Below are positions 29,728-40,817 of a DNA stretch of 64,000 bases, in pieces (within the stretch, counting starts at the first letter, position 1; every line of letters starts with the position of its first letter). Under the pieces are notes generated by a model that ran no database searches, was not told where the DNA came from, and saw nothing but the letters and a program-made list of their open reading frames with translations. The translations under genes were made by a program, and so were the position numbers. The stretch is from Halobacteriovoraceae bacterium (GTDB taxonomy: Bacteria > Bdellovibrionota > Bacteriovoracia > Bacteriovoracales > Bacteriovoracaceae): NCBI GenBank assembly GCA_963719505.1, contig CAVRCF010000001.1, positions 768,001 to 832,000 of the forward strand, written 5' to 3'.

Positions 29728-30720
29728 GTGGGTAATTTTTTGAATTTAACTAGAGATTTACGTTTCAACTTAGAAAAAGAAGCCGTAGAGTATCGCGGAC
29801 TTTTTTATTGGAGAAGAGAAATCTCTGGTGTTTGGCCTTTGGTTAATCAGAATCGAGAAATCATACCGTACATCGCTTTTGGTAATAAGAATGGATTGAG
29901 TGAGGAGTTAATACTTCGAGCAAAAGTTTACAAAAAAAAGGGATATCGGATCATATTTAATCTTCAAAGTGCTCCATATTATAAGGAAAATAAAAAATTT
30001 ATATATTCTTTTTTTGATGCTGTTATGGATATGGGGAGTGAAGAAAAAAGTCTAAACATGAATCATTCAATGATGGTAAGGTCTATGCCTTATAAAAATT
30101 TTTTTTGGGAAACAGCTGGAAATCTAAAGTCCGTAGACTTTTCTATCTTAACGTGGGGTGATGATGATGGCGGATGTAAACAATGGGAAAAAGGCAAAAA
30201 AGTAGTTTTGCAACTCCTTGAAAAAGGAATGTCTGGGATTGTTTTTAATCAAAGGCCTATTGTAAATATTGAATCAGACGATCTGAAATATTGGACGGAC
30301 GGTGGCTCGTTAAAAATTATCAATACTGTTTTAGAAGAGAAAGACTTTTTTAAAATTGCCGATAGAAGTAAGATCTCTATTTTTCCAAACGAAAACGATG
30401 CTTTTCCTAAATTCATCATAGAGTCACTGTTGAGTAATAGACCTATTGTTTACTCAAATAAACTAAAGTTTGGAAAAGGAGTATTGCAGTGGAGTGGGGA
30501 CGTCGCCATGGAATATAACTTTGAAAATGAAGATAGTATTGATAAAATAATTACGTTTCAAAAAAAATCTGAAGCTTACAATTCAAGAAAGCTATGGTTG
30601 GAAGAGTTTGGTTTTGATAGGTTATCAAAATTATGGGCTAGTGAGCTAAATAGGCTTTTTGGGACTAACTACAAACAGATCTCTTATTTGAACCACGAGA
30701 AGCGAAAAAATGATAAATGA
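29728..30720 (+). CDS. Putative GT-B glycosyltransferase
   Basis: IFPNENDAFPKFIIESLLSNRPIV; locus context. Confidence 0.55.
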   Translation: MGNFLNLTRDLRFNLEKEAVEYRGLFYWRREISGVWPLVNQNREIIPYIAFGNKNGLSEELILRAKVYKKKGYRIIFNLQSAPYYKENKKFIYSFFDAVMDMGSEEKSLNMNHSMMVRSMPYKNFFWETAGNLKSVDFSILTWGDDDGGCKQWEKGKKVVLQLLEKGMSGIVFNQRPIVNIESDDLKYWTDGGSLKIINTVLEEKDFFKIADRSKISIFPNENDAFPKFIIESLLSNRPIVYSNKLKFGKGVLQWSGDVAMEYNFENEDSIDKIITFQKKSEAYNSRKLWLEEFGFDRLSKLWASELNRLFGTNYKQISYLNHEKRKNDK

Positions 30721-31549
30721 AATCAAAAAAAATTCAATTTGTGTAATAAGGAGTGTTGGTGAAAGTACGACTGACACTTGCCTATCTAGATGTGTCAGCT
30801 TCTTTGGTGAGAATAATGTCGTTGTTATTTATGAATCGCCGTTTGAAAATGCAATAAAAAAATGTTTCGAAATTGGCATTGATTCAGGGAAAAAATGGCT
30901 CATGGTAATTGATGCTGACGTTATACCTGCTGAGCATGGATTAGAGAGCTTATTGAGATATGCTAGTGCATCATCTGAGAACCTTTTCGAAGTTCAAGGT
31001 AATGTTTATGATTTCTCTTTTGGGGGTTGGCGTCAAGCTGGAAACCATCTATATAGAGTATCTTTATTAAGTAAAGCAATTGAGTTGATTCCAGGTCCAG
31101 GAGAGTCACTCCGGCCTGAATCAACAACGATAAAGAGAATGGCTGGGTTGGGTTATGAATGGTCAGAGTTAGATTTTAAAATTGGACTTCATGACTTTGA
31201 ACAATATCCAAAAGATTACTTTCGAAAAGCACTACTATTTAATAAAAAATTCAAACGATATATTCCTATTTTAAAGTTTCGTTGGAAAAAAAATGAACAC
31301 TTACACTATGGCTTCAAATACCTAATAAACGGTATCGAATATAAGCAAAATGTAGAGAATCAAGATTATTTAAATGCTGATAAAGTAAACCTAATATTTA
31401 AATCGTTAGATAGGGTCGAAAATATAGACTTTGAAAAATACGCTGACCTCGATATTAATGACTACAACAATACATTTGAGTTTAAAATATTTCAATGTGT
31501 GAGCTTTATTTCCAATTCAAATCTTTATAAATGGATATCAAATGTTTAA
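30710..31549 (+). CDS. Putative GT-A glycosyltransferase
   Basis: WLMVIDADV DxD motif; locus context. Confidence 0.55.
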   Translation: MINEIKKNSICVIRSVGESTTDTCLSRCVSFFGENNVVVIYESPFENAIKKCFEIGIDSGKKWLMVIDADVIPAEHGLESLLRYASASSENLFEVQGNVYDFSFGGWRQAGNHLYRVSLLSKAIELIPGPGESLRPESTTIKRMAGLGYEWSELDFKIGLHDFEQYPKDYFRKALLFNKKFKRYIPILKFRWKKNEHLHYGFKYLINGIEYKQNVENQDYLNADKVNLIFKSLDRVENIDFEKYADLDINDYNNTFEFKIFQCVSFISNSNLYKWISNV

Positions 31550-32534
31550 AGTTGGATTTTACTTTAATGGTGTGGAAAACAATCATGATATCAATACTAT
31601 TCAAGCATCGACACGAATAAGAGTATTTGATGTTATTAAAATGTTTAAGTATGATTTTAAGTACCGTCTTGAGCTTTTCAAGCCAGGTAAAAAATACGAT
31701 CTTGTGGTATTTCAAAAAATTTTAGACAAGAAAGGTTTAGATCTTTTAAAAGAAACAAAAAACCTAGGTTGTAAAACAGTATATGATATAAACATTAATG
31801 CTATTGACTGTGACTGGGACTCAGATAGTCTATTTGGAAGCGGAACAAAAGAAGTTCTAGTGGAACGTGCAGAAATAATAAAATCTATTTGTTCAGAAGC
31901 TGACATCGTTTGTGTTTCATCTAGACACCTTAAAGGTGTTTACTCTCAGTATTCTAAGAGGACGATTTGTATTGAAGAAAGTGTACCTGACAGTTTAATT
32001 GATCTCTCTAGGGAAATTAATCGTGTAAACCCACTGTCAATGGTTTATTGTGGATACTCCTTGAAGGCCAAAGAACTGCTTTTGATTTCAAATGCTATAA
32101 AAGAAATGCAAAGTGAACATGGAGCTAAAATGTATTGTGTTTGTGAAGCTCCTCCAGAAGGACTAGACTTTAGCTTTGAATTTGTAAAATATAATCAATC
32201 TAAAATAATAGAGCAGTTATCTGCTTTCGATATCAAACTTGCACCTAGAGACTTATATAATGGATATAACTTAGGACATGCTGCTACAAAGGTAGCACTT
32301 CCTGTTGTTGCAGGTGTTGTAGCCATTGGTTCAAACATCCCTTCATATATAAATAGAATTGAGACGCTCGATAACAATCCTCTTAATTGGCTGAATTTAC
32401 TAAAAACTCTAAATAGTGATCGGTCTTTGATGGAGCATATGCTTTTTAGTCAGTACGAGTCTGTGCGAGCAAACTTGTCTGGTAAAAAGATTAAAGCTGA
32501 CTATAAAAGAATGTTTGAGTATATTTTCTCATGA
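31542..32534 (+). CDS. Putative GT-B glycosyltransferase
   Basis: ASTRIR, VVFQK, YDID, DIKLAP pattern. Confidence 0.6.
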   Translation: MFKVGFYFNGVENNHDINTIQASTRIRVFDVIKMFKYDFKYRLELFKPGKKYDLVVFQKILDKKGLDLLKETKNLGCKTVYDININAIDCDWDSDSLFGSGTKEVLVERAEIIKSICSEADIVCVSSRHLKGVYSQYSKRTICIEESVPDSLIDLSREINRVNPLSMVYCGYSLKAKELLLISNAIKEMQSEHGAKMYCVCEAPPEGLDFSFEFVKYNQSKIIEQLSAFDIKLAPRDLYNGYNLGHAATKVALPVVAGVVAIGSNIPSYINRIETLDNNPLNWLNLLKTLNSDRSLMEHMLFSQYESVRANLSGKKIKADYKRMFEYIFS

Positions 32535-33508
32535 TGAAAATTTACCTAGATTATGAACATTCAGAAGATCCTTGGGGGGGAATTAATAGTTTCTTTAGAG
32601 GTTTCCATAAAGAACTAACATCAAGTTCTCAAAGGGCAAAACTAATAAATTCTAAATCTAAGGCTGATATCGTTCTCTTAGGTGCAGCTTCTAGAGGGAT
32701 CGAGAAAGCTGTCACTGGTGATGAGATTGAAAGAGAATATCAATTAAGAGAGAAACTATTAAATAAAATTTTAAGTCGTCATCGATATAAACTTATTCAT
32801 CGTTTGGACGGTCTGAGGGCTAGTTATGGGGCTGGATTTATACCAAATGATAGGGAACAACTTAATATAGCTGAACTCTCAGATGCGATAATATTCCAAA
32901 GTAAAGAGAGTAAAAATGTTTTTGAAAAATATGGTCTAAACATTTCAAAAGTACAGTCTGAAATCATTTATAATGGAGCGGACCAAAGTATTTTTTTCCC
33001 TTGTATTTCTAAAAAACCTTCATTAAAGAAGAAAGTTTTAGCTACAAGCTGGTCAACAAACCTGAGGAAAGGTTTCAAAAAGATTGCTCAATTATCAAGA
33101 AGACAGGACATAGATGTTTTATTTGCTGGTCAATGGAATCAAGAGGTAGATTCAGAAAATGTTTGTCTTTTGGGTACAAAAAATTACAAGGAGTTATCCT
33201 ATTTATATAGAGAGGTTAATTTTTTTCTACATGCAGCTGAAAATGACCCTTGTCCCAATGTTGTTCTCGAGGCTCTCTCTTCTGGATTACCAATTTTGTT
33301 TCACCCCTCTGGAGGAACGAAAGAGTTATCTGAAAGATATGGTGAATCTATAGGATCAAACTCGGTAGATGAGCTTTTTAATGCTTTAGATAATATAATT
33401 ATTAACGAAGAAAAAATAAGAGAAAATATTATTCAGAATTTAAATAATTTTTCATTTAAAAAATGTTTTAACCAGTACTTAGATTTCTTTGAAAAACAGC
33501 TGATTTAG
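32531..33508 (+). CDS. GT4 glycosyltransferase
   Basis: HRLDG, IYNG, DPCPNVVLEALSSGLP. Confidence 0.8.
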   Translation: MMKIYLDYEHSEDPWGGINSFFRGFHKELTSSSQRAKLINSKSKADIVLLGAASRGIEKAVTGDEIEREYQLREKLLNKILSRHRYKLIHRLDGLRASYGAGFIPNDREQLNIAELSDAIIFQSKESKNVFEKYGLNISKVQSEIIYNGADQSIFFPCISKKPSLKKKVLATSWSTNLRKGFKKIAQLSRRQDIDVLFAGQWNQEVDSENVCLLGTKNYKELSYLYREVNFFLHAAENDPCPNVVLEALSSGLPILFHPSGGTKELSERYGESIGSNSVDELFNALDNIIINEEKIRENIIQNLNNFSFKKCFNQYLDFFEKQLI

Positions 33509-33517
33509 GAGAAAAAG

Positions 33518-34096
33518 ATGCTTCAAAAGTTAAAAAAACTTTTAAATAAAAGAAAAGTCTTTATTGATTGTGGTGCAAATGTTGGTGAGATTTCAGCAAG
33601 GTATCTAGATTTAGGATATACAGTAATTGCTTTTGAGCCTAACCCCAGTGCCTTTGAGGTTTTGTTGAATAAATTTGAAGATAATAAAAAAATAACGCTC
33701 ATCAATAAAGCTGTCTGGCATAAAAATACAACTTTAAAGCTTTATCTACATGAGAATAGCGACGAAGATGAGGTGTATTGGTCTCAGGGGTCTTCGTTAC
33801 TTTCATTTAAGGGTAATGTACTTGAGAGTAAGTTTGTAGAGGTCGAAGTTATCGACCTTTTCGAATTTATTAAAAATAGCGAATATGACTTCATTGATAC
33901 GATTAAAATCGATATAGAGGGTGCGGAAGTAGAAGTTCTTGAGAGATTGATAGAGGAAAAACTATATACTAAATTTGGAGAAATCTTTGTGGAGACTCAC
34001 GACCATAAAATCCCAGAGCTCAAAGAGTCTACAGACAAGATTCGAAATAGAGTTACTAATCTTAGAATCAAAAATATAGATTTGGATTGGGTCTAA
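33518..34096 (+). CDS. FkbM-family methyltransferase
   Basis: IDCGANVG, FEPNP, KIDIEGAE. Confidence 0.88.
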   Translation: MLQKLKKLLNKRKVFIDCGANVGEISARYLDLGYTVIAFEPNPSAFEVLLNKFEDNKKITLINKAVWHKNTTLKLYLHENSDEDEVYWSQGSSLLSFKGNVLESKFVEVEVIDLFEFIKNSEYDFIDTIKIDIEGAEVEVLERLIEEKLYTKFGEIFVETHDHKIPELKESTDKIRNRVTNLRIKNIDLDWV

Positions 34097-35110
34097 ATGA
34101 AGTATAATGTCGCTATCCCAAGCCTCGAAACAACTGGAATTGGAGGCCCTATATCATTCCTAAAAAACTTCAGAGAATTTTCTAATAAAAATGGAACTAA
34201 ATTTTCAAAAAATAGCAAGAATATTTTCTTTCCCATTGAGCACCCTATTCATGATTTAAAAAAAAGAAGAGAGATGGGAGGATGTATTATCCAAAGGCTT
34301 GATGGTATATACTACCCTGAGAAGCATGGTGAAATGTTCGTTACTCTGAATGAAAATATAAAAGAAATCTACAGAAATTATTCATCGCACATCATCTTCC
34401 AAAGTGAATATTCAAAAAAGCAATGTTTTGCCATGTTTGGACCAGTCACTAAATACTCAATTATTCACAACGGGGCAAATTTGGAAGTCTTTTATCCACT
34501 ACAGGATAAACCCAAAAATAAAACAACTCAATTTATTACAACCGGCAACTTTAGAAACTTGGATATGCTAGAGCCAGTTATTAAAGCACTTGATATCCTT
34601 AGTGATAGCTATCAATTTGAATTGCAGATCTTGGGACCAGTAGTTAATGATGATCTTAAAAAATATTTAGATCGAGAGTATATTCGTTATTTAGGTCAGA
34701 GTACATCGCAGTTAGAAATTGCAGGTTATCTACGGACAGCAGATGCATTTATCTATTCTCACCTAAATCCTCCATGTCCAAACTCTGTCATAGAGGCAAT
34801 CTCAACCGGACTTCCCGTTATAGGGTTTGATAGTGGATCAATGTCGGAGTTATGTCATTTTTCGAAAGATTTGCTTGCTGATGTTGAAACAAAAATATTT
34901 CAAGAATATCTCGATTTTGATGAAAAAGAGTTAGCTATAGTTATAAAAAACTACTTAGACTCGCCAAGTTATTTTAATAAGATAGCATTAGAAAACCGTA
35001 GTTTTTTTTCAATTGAAAAATGCGTGAAATCATATTTTGAAATTTTTAGTAATGCTGGACTTAAAAGAGAGTCTTTTATAGATAAAATTAGGAGATACAT
35101 AAATGGATAA
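34097..35110 (+). CDS. GT4 glycosyltransferase (paralog-like to 32531)
   Basis: QRLDG, IFQS, IHNG, PCPNSVIEAISTGLP. Confidence 0.8.
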   Translation: MKYNVAIPSLETTGIGGPISFLKNFREFSNKNGTKFSKNSKNIFFPIEHPIHDLKKRREMGGCIIQRLDGIYYPEKHGEMFVTLNENIKEIYRNYSSHIIFQSEYSKKQCFAMFGPVTKYSIIHNGANLEVFYPLQDKPKNKTTQFITTGNFRNLDMLEPVIKALDILSDSYQFELQILGPVVNDDLKKYLDREYIRYLGQSTSQLEIAGYLRTADAFIYSHLNPPCPNSVIEAISTGLPVIGFDSGSMSELCHFSKDLLADVETKIFQEYLDFDEKELAIVIKNYLDSPSYFNKIALENRSFFSIEKCVKSYFEIFSNAGLKRESFIDKIRRYING

Positions 35111-35753
35111 GCCCACTATGCATTGCCAGTCAGAAATTTTAAGTGATATTGGATATGAGTCCGTTTTAACGGATGATTTGATGTTGAAGTGGTATCGAGA
35201 TTATTACTCAACCTCAAAGCATTTGTTGACGCTGTATTCTATTGCAAATGGTCTCTGCGCAAAAAAGATCTTAGAAGTCGGATTTGGAAGAAGCTCATTT
35301 GTGTTAGCAAAGTCAGCGAAAGAAAATAATGGAAAATTATTCGCTTGCGATATGCGTGACTTTTCATATCTATTTAATGACGTCGAGAAAAAATATACCA
35401 ATTTCATTATCGGCTTGTCAGATAAAGCTTGGAACTCTTTAGAGGACGAGTCTTTAGATTTTGCATTTTTAGACTATTTCTCAGGAGAAGATATCTCAGA
35501 AGAATTTGTCATGAATGAGATTGAAAAATGTCTAAAGAAGATGAAGGGAAACAGCGTGATCGCAATTCATGACGTCTTTGATAGTCGATATAAAGTAGGC
35601 GAAGTTTTGAAAAAGATGTCTAGATCATGGAAGTTTAAGAATAAAATTTCTTTCTCATCAATAACTTATAATTACGGACTAGGGATCTTGACAGTTTCTC
35701 CTAAAGGGAAAAAAAATATCTTACAGGACGAGCAAAAAAAGAAGCTAGAATAG
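35103..35753 (+). CDS. Class I SAM methyltransferase (Methyltransf_24-like)
   Basis: ILEVGFGRSS, DFAFLD, IAIHD. Confidence 0.75.
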   Translation: MDKPTMHCQSEILSDIGYESVLTDDLMLKWYRDYYSTSKHLLTLYSIANGLCAKKILEVGFGRSSFVLAKSAKENNGKLFACDMRDFSYLFNDVEKKYTNFIIGLSDKAWNSLEDESLDFAFLDYFSGEDISEEFVMNEIEKCLKKMKGNSVIAIHDVFDSRYKVGEVLKKMSRSWKFKNKISFSSITYNYGLGILTVSPKGKKNILQDEQKKKLE

Positions 35754-36560
35754 ATTTTTAACTCTAAATATAGTTTTTCTTTTTAAACGAGAGAGACTAC
35801 ATCTGAAGGGATTTATGGCAATAACTTTTCCACCATTAGCCCTTATTTTCGCTGTTAAGGAGTGTTCATTCAATATGCACAAGGCTTTAAATCTTAAAGT
35901 TTTAGCCGACTTAATTGTTAAATCTTCCGAGCGGTACCACTTTTTTGGCATTTTCATAATGGGAACGCTTTTAATGAGCCACTCGTCTATCAATTCTATA
36001 TAATTCTTACTAAAGAAATTGTTGTGATTATTTATCAGCTGATCGGATCCATCAATATCCTTAATCTTATAGGAAACAATGGACTCTACGCATTGAAGAG
36101 CTTTCTTATTGCAAAGAAAAAAGTTTGTTCTAATCCAGCTATTAGATTTTAGATTTCTAATTCTAACATCTTCAATATAAGCGTCTGCGTAACCTGATAT
36201 GAAAGGAGAATTGATTTTCTCCAGCCTTTTCAGATTAAATTTATTAATAAAGTCGGCAGAAAAGTTTCTGTGAAAAGAATCGTTTGCCAGTATTATTATA
36301 TCTTGCTCATTAATAGACTCTGACAAAATAGTATAACCTTTTTGCCATGCGCTAAATTCATGAGAACTGTTGTCTCCATTAATTAAAGTCTTATTTCCTG
36401 CGAGCTGATCTTTGAATTCGTGATCTACTGAGTTATCTAAAATTAAAAAATTTTGGGGAATTATTGAATTCTTTTCTAAGAACCTATTTATGACATTAAT
36501 TGAGCTATTGTGATGTTTACTTCCAAATTGAACAAGAATGACGTGGTAATTTATATCCAT
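35745..36560 (-). CDS. Hypothetical polysaccharide-locus protein (GT-A-like)
   Basis: DNS, GDNSSHEFSAWQKG, ILANDS; locus context. Confidence 0.5.
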   Translation of the reverse strand: MDINYHVILVQFGSKHHNSSINVINRFLEKNSIIPQNFLILDNSVDHEFKDQLAGNKTLINGDNSSHEFSAWQKGYTILSESINEQDIIILANDSFHRNFSADFINKFNLKRLEKINSPFISGYADAYIEDVRIRNLKSNSWIRTNFFLCNKKALQCVESIVSYKIKDIDGSDQLINNHNNFFSKNYIELIDEWLIKSVPIMKMPKKWYRSEDLTIKSAKTLRFKALCILNEHSLTAKIRANGGKVIAINPFRCSLSRLKRKTIFRVKNLF

Positions 36561-36632
36561 TTATTGCGCCCATTGTTAGAGTCCAATCTGAGCTAATATT
36601 TTAGCCAAATTGTTAGATTTAGGCTATACATT

Positions 36633-37733
36633 ATGTCTAATAATAAACAAGTAGGGGGAGATTTGAAAGTTTTAATAACTGGTGGAGCAGGTTTTATTGG
36701 TTCTGCTGTCGTAAGACATATTATCAAAAATACAGACAACACAGTTTTAAATATTGATAAGCTCACCTATGCAGGGAACTTGGACTCACTAGTAGGAGTT
36801 GAAGAAAGCGAAAAGTATAAATTCTCTAAGACTGATATTTGTGACTTTAATAACCTAAAACAAGTATTCAATGATTTTAAGCCTGATCTTGTAATGCATC
36901 TTGCGGCTGAAAGTCATGTCGATAGATCAATAGATGGAGCATCTGAATTTATTCAGACAAATATAATTGGAACTTTCAATTTACTGGAAATTTCAAAAGA
37001 GTACTTCAACGGTCTCTCTGATGAAAAAAAATCAGTCTTCAAGTTTCATCATATATCCACAGATGAAGTGTATGGCGACTTAGATAATATGACTGACCTT
37101 TTTACTGAGGAGACATCCTATGCTCCAAGTAGCCCATACTCTGCTTCAAAAGCATCTTCTGACCATTTAGTTAGAGCTTGGAGAAGAACTTATGGTCTTC
37201 CTACCGTTGTAACAAACTGTTCTAATAACTATGGACCTTACCACTTTCCTGAAAAACTAATTCCTTTAGTCATCTTAAATGCTATTTCCGGTAAAAGCCT
37301 ACCTGTGTATGGTGATGGAAAGCAAATCAGAGATTGGTTATATGTAGAAGATCACGCTCGGGCTCTCTATAAGGTACTCACTGAAGGGACAGTAGGAGAG
37401 ACTTATAACATCGGTGGCCACAATGAAAAAACTAACTTGGATGTTGTTCATACAATTTGCGATCTCCTTGATGATTTAGTGCCAAATAAACCAGATGGAG
37501 TTACAAACTTTCGAGACCTAATAACTTTTGTTACAGATAGACCAGGACACGATCAGAGGTACGCAATAGATGCTTCTAAAATACAAAAAAAATTAGGTTG
37601 GTCCCCAGAGGAAACTTTTGAAACAGGAATTAAGAAAACAGTTGTTTGGTATCTTGAAAATAGGAATTGGTGGGAAAAAGTTTTAAATGGTTCGTACAAA
37701 AATGAAAGACTTGGTCTTTCTGGAGGGAAATAA
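36633..37733 (+). CDS. rmlB: dTDP-glucose 4,6-dehydratase
   Basis: [29 protein letters not shown]. Confidence 0.97.
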   Translation: MSNNKQVGGDLKVLITGGAGFIGSAVVRHIIKNTDNTVLNIDKLTYAGNLDSLVGVEESEKYKFSKTDICDFNNLKQVFNDFKPDLVMHLAAESHVDRSIDGASEFIQTNIIGTFNLLEISKEYFNGLSDEKKSVFKFHHISTDEVYGDLDNMTDLFTEETSYAPSSPYSASKASSDHLVRAWRRTYGLPTVVTNCSNNYGPYHFPEKLIPLVILNAISGKSLPVYGDGKQIRDWLYVEDHARALYKVLTEGTVGETYNIGGHNEKTNLDVVHTICDLLDDLVPNKPDGVTNFRDLITFVTDRPGHDQRYAIDASKIQKKLGWSPEETFETGIKKTVVWYLENRNWWEKVLNGSYKNERLGLSGGK

Positions 37734-38605
37734 TGAAAGGTATTGTATTAGCAGGAGGTTCTGGGACACGATTGTATCCTATTACTAAGGGCGTCTCTAA
37801 GCAGCTTCTTCCGGTTTATGATAAACCAATGATTTATTATCCACTTTCGACTCTTATGCTTGCTGGAATTAAAGATATTCTTATCATTACTACTCCAGAA
37901 GACAATGAAAGCTTTAAGAGGCTTTTAGGTGATGGCTCTGATTTTGGTATTAACCTAAAATATGCCGTTCAAGATGCTCCAAACGGTTTAGCTGAAGCCT
38001 TTATTATTGGAGAAGACTTTATCGGTGGAGACTCTTGTTGCCTTGTATTGGGCGACAATATTTACTACGGACACCATTTCTCAGACACATTAATTAATGC
38101 TTTTAATCAAAAGGAAGGGGCTACTGTTTTTGGTTACCATGTGAGAGACCCAGAAAGATTTGGAGTTGTTGAGTTCGATAAAAACTTCAAAGCACTTTCA
38201 ATTGAAGAAAAACCTGAAAATCCTAAGTCTAATTGGGCCGTAACTGGATTATATTTTTACGACAACAAAGTGGTTGAATATGCAAAAAAGATAAAACCTT
38301 CTCACCGAGGAGAACTGGAGATAACAAGTATTAATCAGCTTTATCTTGAAGCGGAAACGTTAAAGGTTGAGCTCTTGGGAAGAGGTTTTGCATGGCTTGA
38401 CACGGGAACTCATGAGAGTTTGAGTGATGCATCAACATTTATTCAGACTATAGAGAACAGACAGGGGTTAAAGGTAGCTTGCTTGGAAGAGATCGCCTGG
38501 TCAAAAGGTTGGTTGAGTGATGATGAACTTAGAGAAAAAGGGAATCTCATGGCAAAAAATGAATATGGTCAATACCTTTTACAACTACTAAAGAGTCATA
38601 GATAA
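37733..38605 (+). CDS. rmlA: Glucose-1-phosphate thymidylyltransferase
   Basis: [31 protein letters not shown]. Confidence 0.97.
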   Translation: MKGIVLAGGSGTRLYPITKGVSKQLLPVYDKPMIYYPLSTLMLAGIKDILIITTPEDNESFKRLLGDGSDFGINLKYAVQDAPNGLAEAFIIGEDFIGGDSCCLVLGDNIYYGHHFSDTLINAFNQKEGATVFGYHVRDPERFGVVEFDKNFKALSIEEKPENPKSNWAVTGLYFYDNKVVEYAKKIKPSHRGELEITSINQLYLEAETLKVELLGRGFAWLDTGTHESLSDASTFIQTIENRQGLKVACLEEIAWSKGWLSDDELREKGNLMAKNEYGQYLLQLLKSHR

Positions 38606-39472
38606 ATGAAAGTTTTAGTCTTTGGAGCTAATGGGCAAGTCGGTAAAGACCTCGTTTTAAAGCTTAATCAGAACAATATTGATTTCAAAGCTTATGAAAG
38701 AGAGTCTTTGGATATAACAGATAGGGAACAATTACTGTCCGTGTTTAAAAAAGAAAGACCTTCTTTTGTTGTTAATGCAGCCGCCTACACAGCTGTTGAC
38801 TTAGCTGAAGAAGAAGAGTTGAAAGCTAGAGCAGTTAATACAGATGCTCCGGGTATTATCGCAAAGCTATGTTCCGAATTCGACACGTGTCTTGTTCACA
38901 TATCAACAGACTATGTTTTTGATGGTGAGAGTATTGATAGGTTGTATTCAGAAGAAGATGTCACTAATCCTGAAACTGTCTATGGGACAACCAAGAGAGA
39001 TGGTGAAATCGAAATTTGTGAGGTTCTAGCTAAATACATAATTCTTAGGACCTCTTGGGTGTTTGGTGAACACGGAAATAACTTTGTTAAGACAATGTTG
39101 AGGCTCTCGAAGTCAAATGATGAACTTCGAATTGTTCACGATCAAGTGGGAGCTCCTACCTACGCTGGAGATATTTCAAAAGCGATTATTCAAATTTTGA
39201 AAGCTGATAATATTAACTATGGAATCTTTCACTTTTGTGGAGCTCCGTATGTTAGTTGGTATGAGTTTGCTAATGAAATTTTTAAAAAGGCTAAAGCAGA
39301 AAATATCATTGAACAAGAACCGATACTAAAACCGATTCAATCAATAGATTTTCCTCAAAAAGCTAAGCGCCCAAAGAACTCAAGGTTGGCAACGGCAAAA
39401 ATAGAGTTGAAATATAATATTCAACCATCGAATTGGTTGAACGCACTAGATAATATTAAGGATTATAAGTGA
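38606..39472 (+). CDS. rmlD: dTDP-4-dehydrorhamnose reductase
   Basis: GANGQVG, AAYTAVD, STDYVFDG, YGTTK. Confidence 0.95.
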   Translation: MKVLVFGANGQVGKDLVLKLNQNNIDFKAYERESLDITDREQLLSVFKKERPSFVVNAAAYTAVDLAEEEELKARAVNTDAPGIIAKLCSEFDTCLVHISTDYVFDGESIDRLYSEEDVTNPETVYGTTKRDGEIEICEVLAKYIILRTSWVFGEHGNNFVKTMLRLSKSNDELRIVHDQVGAPTYAGDISKAIIQILKADNINYGIFHFCGAPYVSWYEFANEIFKKAKAENIIEQEPILKPIQSIDFPQKAKRPKNSRLATAKIELKYNIQPSNWLNALDNIKDYK

Positions 39473-40029
39473 AAGTAATTGATACCAAACTTCAAGATGT
39501 AAAAATAATAGAGCCCGTTGTATTCGGAGACGACAGAGGCTTTTTCATGGAAACCTTTCAGCAAGAGAAATTCGAAAAAGAAGTTTGTGAAAGAAGATTT
39601 GTTCAAGACAATCATTCAAAATCTAGCAAAGGGATTCTAAGAGGTCTTCATTTTCAAACAAAGAATACACAAGGGAAGCTTGTTAGGGTTGTAAGTGGTG
39701 AGGTTTATGATGTCGTTGTAGACCTTAGAAATAGTTCTCAAACATTTGGTCACTGGGTAGGTGTTTATTTATCTGCTGAGAATAAGAAACAGCTTTGGGT
39801 TCCGGAAGGATTTGCTCACGGCTTTTACGTTACTTCAGCAGAAGCGGAATTTGTTTATAAGTGTACTGATTATTATAACCCAAAGTATGAAAAGACATTA
39901 GCTTACAATGATAAGGACATCAAAGTCGATTGGCCATTTGATGGAGATCCTATTCTATCTTCCAAAGATGCAGATGGAGAGAAATTTAGTGAGTTAAACC
40001 TTAATTGGGGGGGGAATGAATTTAGATAA
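39469..40029 (+). CDS. rmlC: dTDP-4-dehydrorhamnose 3,5-epimerase
   Basis: FGDDRGFF, QDNHS, LRGLHFQ, GFAHGF. Confidence 0.96.
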   Translation: MKVIDTKLQDVKIIEPVVFGDDRGFFMETFQQEKFEKEVCERRFVQDNHSKSSKGILRGLHFQTKNTQGKLVRVVSGEVYDVVVDLRNSSQTFGHWVGVYLSAENKKQLWVPEGFAHGFYVTSAEAEFVYKCTDYYNPKYEKTLAYNDKDIKVDWPFDGDPILSSKDADGEKFSELNLNWGGNEFR

Positions 40030-40811
40030 CTTTATCAATCTTGAAAATTTTGAAAATTCTTTTCGCAATTTTAAAAATGAGAAGCCATTTCCTTTTGCTA
40101 TAGTAGATGACTTTTTTAAAAATGATATAGCAGCACAACTAGAAAATGAAATCCCTGAGTATGATGGAAGTGAGTGGTTTAGCTATGAAAATGCAATTGA
40201 GATCAAAAAAGCCTGTAATAACTGGAATTATTTCCCCAAATTAACATATGAAGTTTTCACATTACTAAATTCAAAGACATTTACTCAAATGGTCGCATCT
40301 CTTACAGGTACGGACTTTTTAGAAAGTGATATGGGGTTAAACGGAGGTGGTTGGCATATTCATCCAAGTGGTGGGAAGCTCAATACTCATCTCGACTACT
40401 CTCTTCATCCCAAACTAGGATTAGAAAGAAAGTTTAATATTATTATCTATTTAAACAGTAATTGGAAGGAAAGTTGGGGGGGGCCATTTAGGATTTTGGA
40501 ACCACGATGAAAAAAATAGCGGACCAGGGGAGCTTTCTAAAAAGGTTAGCTGTAAGTTTAATAGAGCGGTTATCTTTGACACAACATTCAATAGTTGGCA
40601 CGGCTTACCTGAGCCTATAGAAGCCCCAAAGGGGGAGTTTAGAAAAAGTATCGCAGTTTATTATTTAACAAAACCTTCTGAGATGACTTCTAGTAGAGGG
40701 AAGGCGTTGTTTGCACCTACTAATGCTCAAAAGAATGATCAAGAGGTTTTAGATTTAATAAAGTTACGCTCTCAAGTGTCGGAGGCTCAAAATGTTTATA
40801 GAAAGAAATAG
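40016..40811 (+). CDS. 2OG-Fe(II) oxygenase, frameshifted at G8 tract 40476-40483
   Basis: HLD motif, WGG; G7 restores WGGHLGFW...FNRAVIF...SWHGLP...RKSIAVYY to TAG 40811. Confidence 0.82.
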
Positions 40812-40817
40812 GATACC

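Noticed and set aside
32574-32580. G7 tract in GT4 as a phase-variation site
   Set aside because: Gene is in frame and the tract encodes a WGG motif
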